Shown piece after piece: positions 9,822-19,908 of a stretch of 64,000 nucleotides of DNA (positions are counted from its first letter, which is position 1; every line of letters starts with the position of its first letter). The DNA comes from an uncultured Lentisphaerales bacterium. GTDB lineage: Bacteria; Verrucomicrobiota; Kiritimatiellia; RFP12; UBA3636. The stretch is from the NCBI GenBank assembly GCA_964553035.1, contig CAZKJH010000001.1, positions 7,020 to 71,019 on the forward strand, given 5' to 3'. The position numbers and the translations under genes were made by a program. The notes beneath the pieces were generated by a model. The model was not told the DNA's origin. It saw only the letters and a program-made list of their open reading frames with translations, and searched no databases.

Positions 9822-12398
9822 TTACGGTGCGGGTGCCAGAAGTTCCAGCGTCACATCGTCGAAATACGCACTCTCTTCGGTGCCCTGATTGTCGACGCCA
9901 AGTTGGATCAGCAAGCGTCCGGCCTGTGGCGGAACTGTAACCGTACAGGCCAGTTGTCGCCAAGCTCCGTTTGGCGTTTCGGACGGCAAGGGAACCACCT
10001 CACGCAAGTGTTGCGGCAACCAGCGACCTTCAGGAGTTTTCCAAGTAATGGTCATTTGAATTACCGATGCCGGATTCTCGGGTGAACGGTCGGGACTCAT
10101 AGCCCAGCAGCTCACGCGATAGCGTTCGCGAGACTTTACGGCAAGATTGTGAATGCCACATCCCGCGCCCCCACCAGCGATACGCAGGGATCGATCCCCC
10201 GTATGGGCGGTGCTGTGTGCAATGGTAATCTGACCTCGGGAATTAGCCCTTATCCAACGACCCCAACCGAGCGTGGCACGATCCCAATCCCCCTCGGAGG
10301 GAAGATTCTCGTCTGAATCCTCCTGCTCGAATCCAGGATTGCGGACGAGGTTTTTCAGGTCACCGCGCAACGCAGCGAGTTGGGGGGCGATAAAAGGAGA
10401 CAAAAGTGGATGGCGAACGGCCTGTTCTGTCCAGAACGCTTCCGCCCCATCGGCAAGCAGCTTACCGATCGCCGCAAAGTGCGCATCGACCGCCGCTTCG
10501 GAGCCGGCAGGCATGAAGGCAAAGGGATTCCCTTCCGTGAGGGCTTCCGCCCGAACGGCGCGCCGCGCAACGTCTTGAACAAGCGCCTCAGCCGTGGCAA
10601 CATCTTTCAGAGGCAGAGCGGTGAGGTGTTCCCCGACATCAACGAACGAATAGTATCCGAGGATCGGTGTCCAGACGCGTCGCTGCGCCTCGATGCGAGA
10701 GCGTGCTTCCGGTGCCGTAATGGCAGCGGCCCTTGCCTCTTCGAAACAGGCGAGGATGGCTTCAACGTCCGCAGCCGTATAAAGATCGAGTTCGTAGTCG
10801 CGATAGGGCAGTCCAAAATCGAAGGGATCGGCGCGCCGTCCCCAGGCGGCTTCGCAGATCTGGTAGTAGCGGCGCATCGGCGCGGCGGCGCGGCCATAGA
10901 AGCGGGTCAAAAAGCGTTCCATCAGCGAATCGATATCGGCCTCCGGGTTCCAGAGCAGTTTGGACAGTAGCCAGATGCGCGGTCCGTCAATCTCCCACGT
11001 TGCGTGTAACTTCTCGTTGGCTTGGTACACTTCGGCGTAGACTTCGCTGACCTTGTGTTTCCGGAGAAAGCCTAGGTATTCGGCAAAACGATGTGGATAA
11101 AACTTGGGCACCGGCTTGCCGTGCAGCCAGAAATAAACACCGAGGTGATTTGCCACGCGGCTCCAGGCCTCGACCAGCGCATCACGCTCCTCTCCCAGCG
11201 AAGGTAGGACGATGGCGACCAGCACGTTCGGATGTAACGAGGTGCGCACTGGGGGAAACTTTGTCTGACTGTAAGCGAGATTGGCAATCAAGCGGTCGGG
11301 ATACTCGGCCTCGACGGCTGCGGCCACGCCATTGACAAAGGTGAACCAGCGGTCGCTCAAGCCAGATTTGTCAGGCACATCGAGCGCCCGGCACTGCTCG
11401 CATTCACAGAAACCGACACCGTCATTCTGAGATGTACTAAACGACTGGATCCAGGGATAGCGGACGAACTGGCTTCGGGCCGCTTCGGCAAACAAGGCCA
11501 CCACATCCGGGTTTGACGTGCAAGGTTGCGTTTTGTGGCGGCTGGGCTTGCGGCGTTCGCTGTCGATATACGAAAAATATTCAGGATGTGTGTCCCAAAG
11601 ATTCCAAGGCATCACCCGGTTGGCATTATGGCTATGCTGACCGCGGATCTCCCGATGGCTTCGCTCGTCCTGGTGAATGCGCCACAGTCGCATCCGGGCG
11701 GGTTCAAGTCCCGAGAAGCGGCGACCGAGAAACGTCGGCTGAGAAATCCGAGTTTGTACGGTGGCTTTCAGCCGTCGGGTCTTAGGAATAACGGTGCCGG
11801 TCTCTCCAGGCCAGACCCATAGTACGCCAACATACTCTTCGAGGAATTCTGTCACGGCGTAGAAACTAGAAAGGGGCCGACATCCCAGTAACACGAGGTT
11901 ATCAGCATCGACTGGATACACAATCAGCCCATCGAGGTCGAAGGGCTCTGGGCGCACCTCCTCAGTAGCGGAAAGCGTGTAGGGCGACTCGCCTACATGA
12001 ATTCGCAATCGGGTCGTGGCAGTGGGTGGATTGGTCACGACCAGTACAGCTACGTCGCCGACCGCAGCAAAGATATCGCGCAGCAACAACGCAGCATCCT
12101 GTTCCTCTGGCTGTGGACGCTCTGGGAGGACGATCTCACAACGCGGTTCACCTTCTGCGAAGAAGAGATACGTCTGTTCGCCTGCTGACACGGCAAAACT
12201 TTGGTGTGGTAAAAAGCAGACTGCCACCGCCAGTGCCGTAACCGCCAGCGCCGTTTGGAAGCCCTGAAATCGCTGAATGGCTATCTGAGCTTCAAAGGTA
12301 ACAGCTTTGGAGAATTCATTATTCGCATCGCCACTGTGCCCATGTTCTCGCCATGTCCTAGTTCTCTGCGTTATTAGTCTTATGGCCATGCTGTTCAA
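9822..12398 (-). CDS. large secreted putative glycoside-hydrolase-like protein (DUF4838-like) with C-terminal carbohydrate-binding module
   Basis: 858-aa ORF; CECEQC motif and GH-like core; C-terminal beta-sandwich ending AYFDDVTLE typical of CBM4/9-type modules. True start is uncertain (internal signal-like segment). Confidence 0.45.
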   Translation of the reverse strand: MNSMAIRLITQRTRTWREHGHSGDANNEFSKAVTFEAQIAIQRFQGFQTALAVTALAVAVCFLPHQSFAVSAGEQTYLFFAEGEPRCEIVLPERPQPEEQDAALLLRDIFAAVGDVAVLVVTNPPTATTRLRIHVGESPYTLSATEEVRPEPFDLDGLIVYPVDADNLVLLGCRPLSSFYAVTEFLEEYVGVLWVWPGETGTVIPKTRRLKATVQTRISQPTFLGRRFSGLEPARMRLWRIHQDERSHREIRGQHSHNANRVMPWNLWDTHPEYFSYIDSERRKPSRHKTQPCTSNPDVVALFAEAARSQFVRYPWIQSFSTSQNDGVGFCECEQCRALDVPDKSGLSDRWFTFVNGVAAAVEAEYPDRLIANLAYSQTKFPPVRTSLHPNVLVAIVLPSLGEERDALVEAWSRVANHLGVYFWLHGKPVPKFYPHRFAEYLGFLRKHKVSEVYAEVYQANEKLHATWEIDGPRIWLLSKLLWNPEADIDSLMERFLTRFYGRAAAPMRRYYQICEAAWGRRADPFDFGLPYRDYELDLYTAADVEAILACFEEARAAAITAPEARSRIEAQRRVWTPILGYYSFVDVGEHLTALPLKDVATAEALVQDVARRAVRAEALTEGNPFAFMPAGSEAAVDAHFAAIGKLLADGAEAFWTEQAVRHPLLSPFIAPQLAALRGDLKNLVRNPGFEQEDSDENLPSEGDWDRATLGWGRWIRANSRGQITIAHSTAHTGDRSLRIAGGGAGCGIHNLAVKSRERYRVSCWAMSPDRSPENPASVIQMTITWKTPEGRWLPQHLREVVPLPSETPNGAWRQLACTVTVPPQAGRLLIQLGVDNQGTEESAYFDDVTLELLAPAP

Positions 12399-12641
12399 TT
12401 CCCCTTTTTCGACTTCTCGATATCTGTAAAAAAGTCATAAATTTTACTATAGAGAAAAAGGAGGTAAACTACAAGTAAAAAATCTAACATTACGATTCTG
12501 ATTCTGAATTACACTCCTGTGCACATCAAACTATTTTGATGCCACCCTCTGTCGTTTTCTAGTCGTTTTACTAGCTGAATTTCGCCTAGGTTCATGCTAT
12601 GATACATCCCAAACTGTCCGTATAATTCAATTGGATATATA

Positions 12642-13958
12642 ATGAGAATTAATAAATTGCTTCTCCTTGGCTTGATTGCCATTACTGGTTCTACAACGGT
12701 TCCTGCAGCAGAGGAAACAAACCAAGTCTCGATTCAGGCCGAGACAGACCGTCCTGATGCCATTTATAAGTGTGGAGAAAACACCGTCTTTACCGTGGCT
12801 GTCAAAAACGCCCAAGATCAATTAATCAAAAACGGAACCGTAAAAGCAGCTTTGACTCTTGATGGATTAAAGCAACTCTCAGACTCCATGGTTGATTTAA
12901 GAGAAAACAACCCGTTCACCGTTTCGGGAACATTGGAAACTCCCGGCTTCTTGCAACTGACCTGTTCTTTCAAAAACGAGGACAAAACGATTATTGAACA
13001 TGCCGCTGCTGGATATGATCCACTTGCGATTACTCCCGCAATGCCGGAACCGAAAGATTTTGATGCGTTCTGGACTGATGCCGTAAAACAACTGGAAAAA
13101 CAACCTTTGGGGCTTGAACTTCAATTAATTGAGGAATCCAGTAATGCCACACAAAATACTTACCGAGTCAGCTTCGCCAATATCAACTCGACCCGTATCT
13201 ATGGATTCCTCAGTATTCCAAAGGGCGCAGGTTCATTCCCGGCCATTGTCATGGTTCCAGGAGCTGGCCCCGGCTCAAACTCTCCATCAGGGGTTTCTGG
13301 TTGGGGTAGTCAAGGCGTAATCGCTCTGTACATGAACGTTCATAGTTATTCACCTTATATATCAACTGAAGCGCTTCAGAAAAAATACGATACGTTAAAT
13401 GAATTTAAAACATATCCTTTGCAAGGAGCTCCAGACCGAGATCAGTATTTTTTCAAAAAATCAATTCTCGGCATCAACCGGGCTATCAATTATGTTGCCT
13501 CACGGCCTGAGTTTGATCAAAAACATTTTGTTATATCGGGTAGTAGTCAGGGGGGTGCTCACGCCTTGATTTTGGCCGGTCTCAACACGAATTTGACTGC
13601 GTCAAGTGCTAATGTCCCCGCGTTGTGTGATCATGGAGGATACTTGAAAGGGCGTAAGCCAGGCTGGCCAGGTTTAGTGACAAACTATAATAAAGCGCCA
13701 GAGTGCTTGGAGATGAGTGGGTATTTTGATGCCGTAAACTTTGCTAGACGAATTACCGTCCCCACCGTTATCGGTGTCGGCTTTATTGATCGAACGTGTT
13801 CGCCGAGCTCCGTTTATGCAGCCTATAATGTTATCAATACACCCAAACAAATCATCACTGACCCCAAGATGGGACATTCCTTTTCAAAAGCGTTTATTCA
13901 GTTTAGTGGCGAATGGATTCGAGCTCAGTTAGGTTTGATCGAACAAATCGCACCCTAG
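12642..13958 (+). CDS. acetyl xylan esterase / cephalosporin-C deacetylase family (CE7) with N-terminal extra domain
   Basis: Signal peptide; GSSQGG nucleophile motif characteristic of CE7; 438 aa. Confidence 0.6.
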   Translation: MRINKLLLLGLIAITGSTTVPAAEETNQVSIQAETDRPDAIYKCGENTVFTVAVKNAQDQLIKNGTVKAALTLDGLKQLSDSMVDLRENNPFTVSGTLETPGFLQLTCSFKNEDKTIIEHAAAGYDPLAITPAMPEPKDFDAFWTDAVKQLEKQPLGLELQLIEESSNATQNTYRVSFANINSTRIYGFLSIPKGAGSFPAIVMVPGAGPGSNSPSGVSGWGSQGVIALYMNVHSYSPYISTEALQKKYDTLNEFKTYPLQGAPDRDQYFFKKSILGINRAINYVASRPEFDQKHFVISGSSQGGAHALILAGLNTNLTASSANVPALCDHGGYLKGRKPGWPGLVTNYNKAPECLEMSGYFDAVNFARRITVPTVIGVGFIDRTCSPSSVYAAYNVINTPKQIITDPKMGHSFSKAFIQFSGEWIRAQLGLIEQIAP

Positions 13959-13986
13959 TATAAAGACTCTTTACCAAGGATTTATT

Positions 13987-14904
13987 ATGACGAAAACTTT
14001 GATCTTTAATTTTTCTGTAGATGACATCTGTTTGGATGGCTATTCTACGGAGAATCACTTGAATGCTATTTTAAATTTTTGCGACGATAATAATGTCAGA
14101 AGCACGTTGTTCACCGTTCCGGTTGCAGGTGGCATTAGCCTTGAAAAGCGCCCGGGGTACATCAACGTATTGAAAGATGCGATTAAACGCGGGCATGAAG
14201 TAGCTCAACATGGACTTGAGCATGATCGTTTTGAAATCGGCATCCCTCCCGAAATGATCATGATGCTGCCTCATGAGGGACCCGCACGAAAATTTTTAGC
14301 TGAAAATCGCGACAAACTTGCTTTTGAGCATACCGTTGAGAAAATTCGAGCCAAGTTGAAACTGGGCAAAGATATTCTCGAACAAAATCTGGGTAGTGTA
14401 ATAAAAGGCTTCCGGGCTCCTGCTGCCCAAAGCTGTTTGAATATGTATAAAGTTTTAGTCGAAGATGGTTATCTTTATGACAGCTCTGAGATTTTCCAGA
14501 AAGGTGGCTGGAATTTACTTAACGACATTGATGAACCCTGGCAAGAATTTACTTGGGAACGCTTTGTGAACGTCCAGAAAGGCGGCTCGATGATAGAACT
14601 GCCGATCAGTGCTGATTACGTATGGTACTTAAAGAAAGATAAATATGACAAAGCTTTAGCATTGGCAAAACACGATTTTGAGGCTTGTTTGGAATCTGGC
14701 GTACCCATGACTCCAGTTTGTCATGTTTCACCAATCCATGAGGGAGATGAAGGTCTTGGTTTCAAGCTTTATCGTGAGTTATTTGATTATATAAAAAATA
14801 CGGATTGCAAAATTTTCGCCGGAACCATGTCTGAAGCATGCAAGTATTTGGATAAGCAAAGAGCGCAAGGCCGAGCTACCACCCCTATCAACCACAATTT
14901 CTAA
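13987..14904 (+). CDS. polysaccharide deacetylase (CE4/NodB-like) family protein
   Basis: SVDD, HGLEH and FRAP motifs correspond to NodB-homology motifs 1-3. Confidence 0.5.
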   Translation: MTKTLIFNFSVDDICLDGYSTENHLNAILNFCDDNNVRSTLFTVPVAGGISLEKRPGYINVLKDAIKRGHEVAQHGLEHDRFEIGIPPEMIMMLPHEGPARKFLAENRDKLAFEHTVEKIRAKLKLGKDILEQNLGSVIKGFRAPAAQSCLNMYKVLVEDGYLYDSSEIFQKGGWNLLNDIDEPWQEFTWERFVNVQKGGSMIELPISADYVWYLKKDKYDKALALAKHDFEACLESGVPMTPVCHVSPIHEGDEGLGFKLYRELFDYIKNTDCKIFAGTMSEACKYLDKQRAQGRATTPINHNF

Positions 14905-15163
14905 CATGGCTTAAGAGTATTCTGCGCGACTACTGCCTGCTTGCGTGTACAAGCAGGCAAGTGGCCGAGAGAGGATGCGAGTCGGAAGACTCGAAATAAT
15001 TCTCTTAATCTACGTTCCTCTTTTTATTCCCAGAATCCCAGCTCCGCGTCACTGCGTGAAAAACGATCAGCACAGTGGAGCACAGGTGGAGCGGGTGAGT
15101 AATGATCTTGACTACTCAAAAAAAAAATGTCATTATTGCTTGGTCTTTTACAGGGAAGCAGGT

Positions 15164-16147
15164 ATGCGATCTCCAGACGCAAAGAAAATAGCCAGAGTTT
15201 TAGCAAATGAAATCGAATCGGTAAAATATCCGATCGGTTCGACATTGCCTACTCGGTATGCTTTGGCGCAGAGGTTTGGCGTTGCACGCGGCACGGTTGA
15301 TCGTGCCGTCCGGGAACTTTGCGAGCGCGGACTGGTAGAGAGTCGCCGTAGGGCAGGAAGCCTTGTTATCAATACTTCACACGTACTGCGTATTGCGATG
15401 CTCGGAGGAAGCTCTGAGGCTGCTGCAAAAGAAACACGAAACGAAATCATTTGTACGCCGATCCCCTTTGAATCTGTTGCGACAAGGGCTGATCGAGAAA
15501 AGCTTATTATTTACGATGGTCTTGTATGGCATCGGCCTAATAAAGAACAGCTTGTGTGGTCAGAAGAAATGCAAACGCGGATTCCGCAAATTTTCATTAA
15601 CCGAAAAAACATGACTCGGAATTTCGTTTCAACTGACCATGCCGAAGCTGTTTTTCAAATCACTCAGGAGCGGATAGCCCAACACCCAGGATGGTTGCCG
15701 GTCTTTCTGGCGTCTGCCGAGGATGCAACAGTTGGCGTGGTCGCGTTGAGACTCGAGGGCTTTATCCGTGCATGCCGAGAACAAAATTTGTTTTATGAGA
15801 TCGTTCACTTACCCGATGCGTTTGACGCTAAAATCCATGTCTTGCGAAAAAATTTGAATAAAGACACTCAAAAACCCTTGCTCGTTGTTTCAGACTCGAG
15901 TAGCCACACAGGTGCCGTAATGCAATGGGTTCGCGAATCGAATCGACATTGGCTCACCGATATCGTATATTCCGATTTCGACAACTTGGCACTGGAAAAT
16001 GTCTGGGGGGTCGTGGTTACGAGTTTTATTCAGGACTATTCGCGAATGATCAGTTTGGCCATACAAGGACTTATAAACGTGATTCAAGGAAAAGAAAAGC
16101 AGATTCAGATCTTACAACTTCCTATTCGGCGCTTCGGCGGCACGTGA
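15164..16147 (+). CDS. transcriptional regulator: GntR-type wHTH fused to a LacI/periplasmic-binding-like sugar-sensor domain
   Basis: N-terminal LPTRYALAQRFGVARGTVDRAVREL helix-turn-helix. Start moved to the internal Met (MRSPDAKK); the track ORF starts at 14945 within a leader. Confidence 0.5.
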   Translation: MRSPDAKKIARVLANEIESVKYPIGSTLPTRYALAQRFGVARGTVDRAVRELCERGLVESRRRAGSLVINTSHVLRIAMLGGSSEAAAKETRNEIICTPIPFESVATRADREKLIIYDGLVWHRPNKEQLVWSEEMQTRIPQIFINRKNMTRNFVSTDHAEAVFQITQERIAQHPGWLPVFLASAEDATVGVVALRLEGFIRACREQNLFYEIVHLPDAFDAKIHVLRKNLNKDTQKPLLVVSDSSSHTGAVMQWVRESNRHWLTDIVYSDFDNLALENVWGVVVTSFIQDYSRMISLAIQGLINVIQGKEKQIQILQLPIRRFGGT

Positions 16148-16202
16148 ACCAGATCACGCCCTATTTTTGATTCAATCACACGTATGACAGGAGAACAATT
16201 AG

Positions 16203-17090
16203 ATGAACGAAAAAAAAATTGCAATGGTTGGACTTGATACAAGCCATTCCGTTGTTTTTGCAAAGTTAATTCAGGGGACAGCTCCTGACGGCGGACATGT
16301 TGACGGGATGCGTGTTGCGAAAGCCCTGCGTTTCCCCTCACCGTTTCAGAACGAAGAAGGGCAGGATAAACGGCAAACCGATCTCGAAGCCCTTGGCGTT
16401 GTGATGGTGGCAGATGTGGAATCGGTACTGAAGGGCATGGATGCCGTTTTCATTGAAATCAACGATCCAAGCTTGCATCTGCCCTATTTCGAGAAAGTGG
16501 TGGGTGCAGGTATTCCCATTTTCATTGACAAGCCTTTGGCAGCAAACGTGAGTGAGGGGCGCCGTATCCTAGCGCTTGCCGAGAAGCACCAAGTAAAGGT
16601 TTGGAGCGCGTCGTCTCTGCGGTTTCTTCCACAGTTGATCGACGCTAAAAAGGCTGTTCCTGCTCCAGCTTTCGGTCATACCTTTGGAGCCCTTGGCAAG
16701 GCGGCAGCGGGAAATGATCTTGTTTGGTACGGTGTTCACGCTGTTGAAATGTTAACAGCAACGCTCGGTACCGGAGCGCAGTCTGTTCAAGCGATTGAAA
16801 ATGCCACGGGAGTCGTGCTGCTGGTTACGTATGCAAATGGCCGATCCGGCCTTGTTGAATGCTTGCGCGGTAGCTACCAGTATGGTGGGCGTCTTCAGCT
16901 TCAAGGTGACATCGCGATGTACACCAATCAAAACCAATCCCCTTATCCTGGATTAATTGCTGCCTTGCGTGATTTTGTTATCGAGGGTAAGGTTCCCGTC
17001 CCGCTGACTGAATCACTAGAAATTCTTGCCATTCTCGAAACCGGTGTCCGTTCCCTAGCGAGCGGTCGTCGCGAAAACATCGTTCTCTAG
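16203..17090 (+). CDS. Gfo/Idh/MocA family oxidoreductase
   Basis: N-terminal Rossmann motif IAMVGLDTSH and overall family architecture. Confidence 0.5.
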   Translation: MNEKKIAMVGLDTSHSVVFAKLIQGTAPDGGHVDGMRVAKALRFPSPFQNEEGQDKRQTDLEALGVVMVADVESVLKGMDAVFIEINDPSLHLPYFEKVVGAGIPIFIDKPLAANVSEGRRILALAEKHQVKVWSASSLRFLPQLIDAKKAVPAPAFGHTFGALGKAAAGNDLVWYGVHAVEMLTATLGTGAQSVQAIENATGVVLLVTYANGRSGLVECLRGSYQYGGRLQLQGDIAMYTNQNQSPYPGLIAALRDFVIEGKVPVPLTESLEILAILETGVRSLASGRRENIVL

Positions 17091-17111
17091 TTCACAAAAA
17101 AGGAAAATCAA

Positions 17112-18170
17112 ATGAAAGTAATACGCGTTGGAATTCTCGGTCAAGGTCGCAGTGGATATGGTATTCACACTTCATGGCTTCGCCAAGATCTGGAACGTTA
17201 CAAAATCGTCGCAGTTGCGGATTTAGTGGCAGAGCGCAAGAATGAAGCCGTGGAACTCGGTGCTAAAGCATACGACGACTATCAGACACTGCTTGCCGAT
17301 AAAAGTCTCAATCTGGATCTTGTCGTCAACGCCCTTCCCAGCTATCTCCATCCGGAAGGAACGCTGGCAGCACTGAACGCTGGATATAACGTTGTCTGCG
17401 AAAAACCGGCAGCGCGTACAGTAGCGGATTTCGATAAGATGGTCGCGACCGCGAAGGCGTGCGGTAAAAAATTGCTGCCGTTCCAGAACTCCCGTTTTCA
17501 GCCTGCTTTTAAAAAAATTCAGTCCGTGATTGCTTCTGGCTGCCTAGGCCGAGTCATACAGGTACGCATCAGCTTCAGTAATTTCGCCCGTCGGTGGGAT
17601 TGGCAGACTCGCACCGACATGTGGGGTGGAAACCTGTTGAATACAGGACCGCATCCGGTAGACCAAGCGGTGGTTCTTTTCGGAGAAGCTACTCCCAAGG
17701 TGTTTGCACGCCTCGTATCCGATAATCCATACGGTGACGCGGAGAATTTCGCAACGGTTACGTTGTGGGATAAAGGTGCACCTACGGTCGAAGTTGTGGT
17801 GAGCTCGTTTATGGCTTATCCGCAGGGCGATATGTACAATGTGCAGGGAACACTTGGCGGCTTGGCCGGCTCACTTAGTGCGTTAAAGTGGAAATACTTT
17901 AATCCTGAGACGGCACCTGAGCGGCCCCACTCCAGCAAGGGTACTTGGTCCGACAAGCGAAACTATTGCGGCGAGAAGCTCGATTGGCATGAAGAGGAAT
18001 GGAGTATTGAATCTGATCCCGACAATCTAAATCCAATTTCGAATGGCTTCTATGATAATGCTTACGGAATTCTCGTTAATGACGCACCTCGCGTAATTAC
18101 GCTGGATCAAGTTCGCAGGCAGATTGCCGTGATGGAAGAGGCTCATCGCCAAAATCCAGATTTGCGTTAA
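17112..18170 (+). CDS. Gfo/Idh/MocA family NAD(P)-dependent oxidoreductase
   Basis: VGILGQGRSG Rossmann motif and NAGYNVVCEKP motif. Confidence 0.55.
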   Translation: MKVIRVGILGQGRSGYGIHTSWLRQDLERYKIVAVADLVAERKNEAVELGAKAYDDYQTLLADKSLNLDLVVNALPSYLHPEGTLAALNAGYNVVCEKPAARTVADFDKMVATAKACGKKLLPFQNSRFQPAFKKIQSVIASGCLGRVIQVRISFSNFARRWDWQTRTDMWGGNLLNTGPHPVDQAVVLFGEATPKVFARLVSDNPYGDAENFATVTLWDKGAPTVEVVVSSFMAYPQGDMYNVQGTLGGLAGSLSALKWKYFNPETAPERPHSSKGTWSDKRNYCGEKLDWHEEEWSIESDPDNLNPISNGFYDNAYGILVNDAPRVITLDQVRRQIAVMEEAHRQNPDLR

Positions 18171-18224
18171 TACAACTGTACTGATATCATAATTCGAGTT
18201 TTTAACTCAACCCAAAGGAAAAAA

Positions 18225-18971
18225 ATGATTCCCGCTAATGTTAAAATTCACAGCAGCCGCGGTGCTTGCGGTCGCGCAGCAGCCGAATACGGTGCACGGC
18301 GCATACGCGAAGCCATGAAGTCACAAGGATATGCTCGCCTCATCATCGCCACAGGTGCCTCACAATTTGAAATGCTTGAAGCCTTGTTGAAGCAGCCGGA
18401 CATCGACTGGAGCCGCATCACGATATTCCATCTCGACGAATATGTAGGAATTCCTATCACGCATCCCGCGTCGTTCCGGCTGTATTTATGGAAGCGCTTC
18501 GTCTCGAAGCTTCCGCTACCGCTGGCCGCGTTCCACTATCTCAACGGTGAAGGTGATTCCGAGGCGGAATGCTTGCGCGTTGGCAAACTGATCAAATCTG
18601 CACCAATCGACGTTGCATTCGTCGGTATTGGCGAAAATGGCCATCTGGCATTCAATGATCCCCCCGCAGATTTCAAGACCAAAAAAGCCTACAACATCGT
18701 GGAACTCGATAAGGCATGTCGTCAGCAGCAACTCGGCGAAGGCTGGTTTGCAACGCTTGCGGATGTGCCGAAGAAAGCAATTTCCATGTCGATCAACCAG
18801 ATCATGGCTGCACGCGCCATTATCTGCACGGTGCCTGACGAGCGCAAAGCCAAGGCCGTGAAGGACTGTCTCTCCGGTGAGGTCACGAACCTGCACCCTG
18901 CCTCAATTATGCAAAATCACCCAGACACAATGTTCTTTATGGACAAACCCGCAGCTTCTCTGCTGAAATAA
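18225..18971 (+). CDS. nagB: glucosamine-6-phosphate deaminase / 6-phosphogluconolactonase family (NagB-like)
   Basis: [12 protein letters not shown] and FHLDEYVG motifs. Confidence 0.6.
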   Translation: MIPANVKIHSSRGACGRAAAEYGARRIREAMKSQGYARLIIATGASQFEMLEALLKQPDIDWSRITIFHLDEYVGIPITHPASFRLYLWKRFVSKLPLPLAAFHYLNGEGDSEAECLRVGKLIKSAPIDVAFVGIGENGHLAFNDPPADFKTKKAYNIVELDKACRQQQLGEGWFATLADVPKKAISMSINQIMAARAIICTVPDERKAKAVKDCLSGEVTNLHPASIMQNHPDTMFFMDKPAASLLK

Positions 18972-18973
18972 TC

Positions 18974-19903
18974 ATGGATACTCGAGGCTGGATCGATCTA
19001 CAAGTAAACGGATTCATGGGCATTGATTTTTCACTGCCCGATCTGACACTGGACAAGGTGCGCCAGATGACTGCGGAACTGGTTTCTCGCGGCACGTCAG
19101 CCTATTGTCCTACCCTCATTACGTGCGACCCTGCGATCTACGAACGCAACCTGCCGATTCTCGCGCAGGCTATGCGCGAACCAGATTTAGGAGAGCATAT
19201 TGCGGGACTCCACATGGAAGGTCCATTCCTCGGTACAGCAAGCCGTGGAGCCCACCCGGCTCAATGGCTTGCAGCTCCAGATGCACGTCTCTTTGACAAC
19301 TGGCAACGCCTTGCCAAAGGGGGCATCAGAATCCTCACGCTTGCACCTGAAGTCGATGGTGCAAGCGCACTTATCCGTCATGTCACGTCACAGGGAGTCA
19401 TTGTCTCATTAGGTCATCATCTGGCCGATGATGATTCGATCACGGGTGCTGTGGAAGCTGGAGCCTCGCTCTGCACCCATCTCGGCAATGGCATTGTCAA
19501 CACCCTGCCACGCCACCCCAACCCGATTTGGACGCAACTCGCCAATGATTCACTCAACGCCATGTTTATTGCAGACGGACATCATGTGCCACCTGCATTT
19601 CTACGCATCGCCTGGCGTGCTAAAGGCCGCGACCGCTTCATCGTCGCCAGTGATGCCGCCGCAATCGCAGGACTCCCCGTTGGCGACTATTTCTACATGG
19701 GCTCGCCAGTGGCGATTGAAGCGAGTGGAAGAATTGTCGTCAAAAACGGGGCTCCTTCAACATCCGCAACGTTAGCCGGTTCATCCAGCACCATGGCGGA
19801 CTGCATGAAGCATCTCGCATCTCTCGGCGACTGGACTCCGGATGATCTCATCCAGGTCGGTCGCAGAAATCCGGCTCGTATGCTTGGCTATTCCGTCAAG
19901 TAG
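18974..19903 (+). CDS. N-acetylglucosamine-6-phosphate deacetylase-like amidohydrolase (short form)
   Basis: GLHMEGPFL motif of the NagA catalytic core. At 309 aa it lacks the N-terminal beta-sandwich. Confidence 0.5.
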   Translation: MDTRGWIDLQVNGFMGIDFSLPDLTLDKVRQMTAELVSRGTSAYCPTLITCDPAIYERNLPILAQAMREPDLGEHIAGLHMEGPFLGTASRGAHPAQWLAAPDARLFDNWQRLAKGGIRILTLAPEVDGASALIRHVTSQGVIVSLGHHLADDDSITGAVEAGASLCTHLGNGIVNTLPRHPNPIWTQLANDSLNAMFIADGHHVPPAFLRIAWRAKGRDRFIVASDAAAIAGLPVGDYFYMGSPVAIEASGRIVVKNGAPSTSATLAGSSSTMADCMKHLASLGDWTPDDLIQVGRRNPARMLGYSVK

Positions 19904-19908
19904 ACGTA

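Noticed and set aside
10380-10970. 196-aa and several 80-105-aa plus-strand ORFs inside the 9822-12398 gene
   Set aside because: These are Arg-rich, low-complexity antisense translations of a GC-rich coding region; they are typical spurious ORFs.
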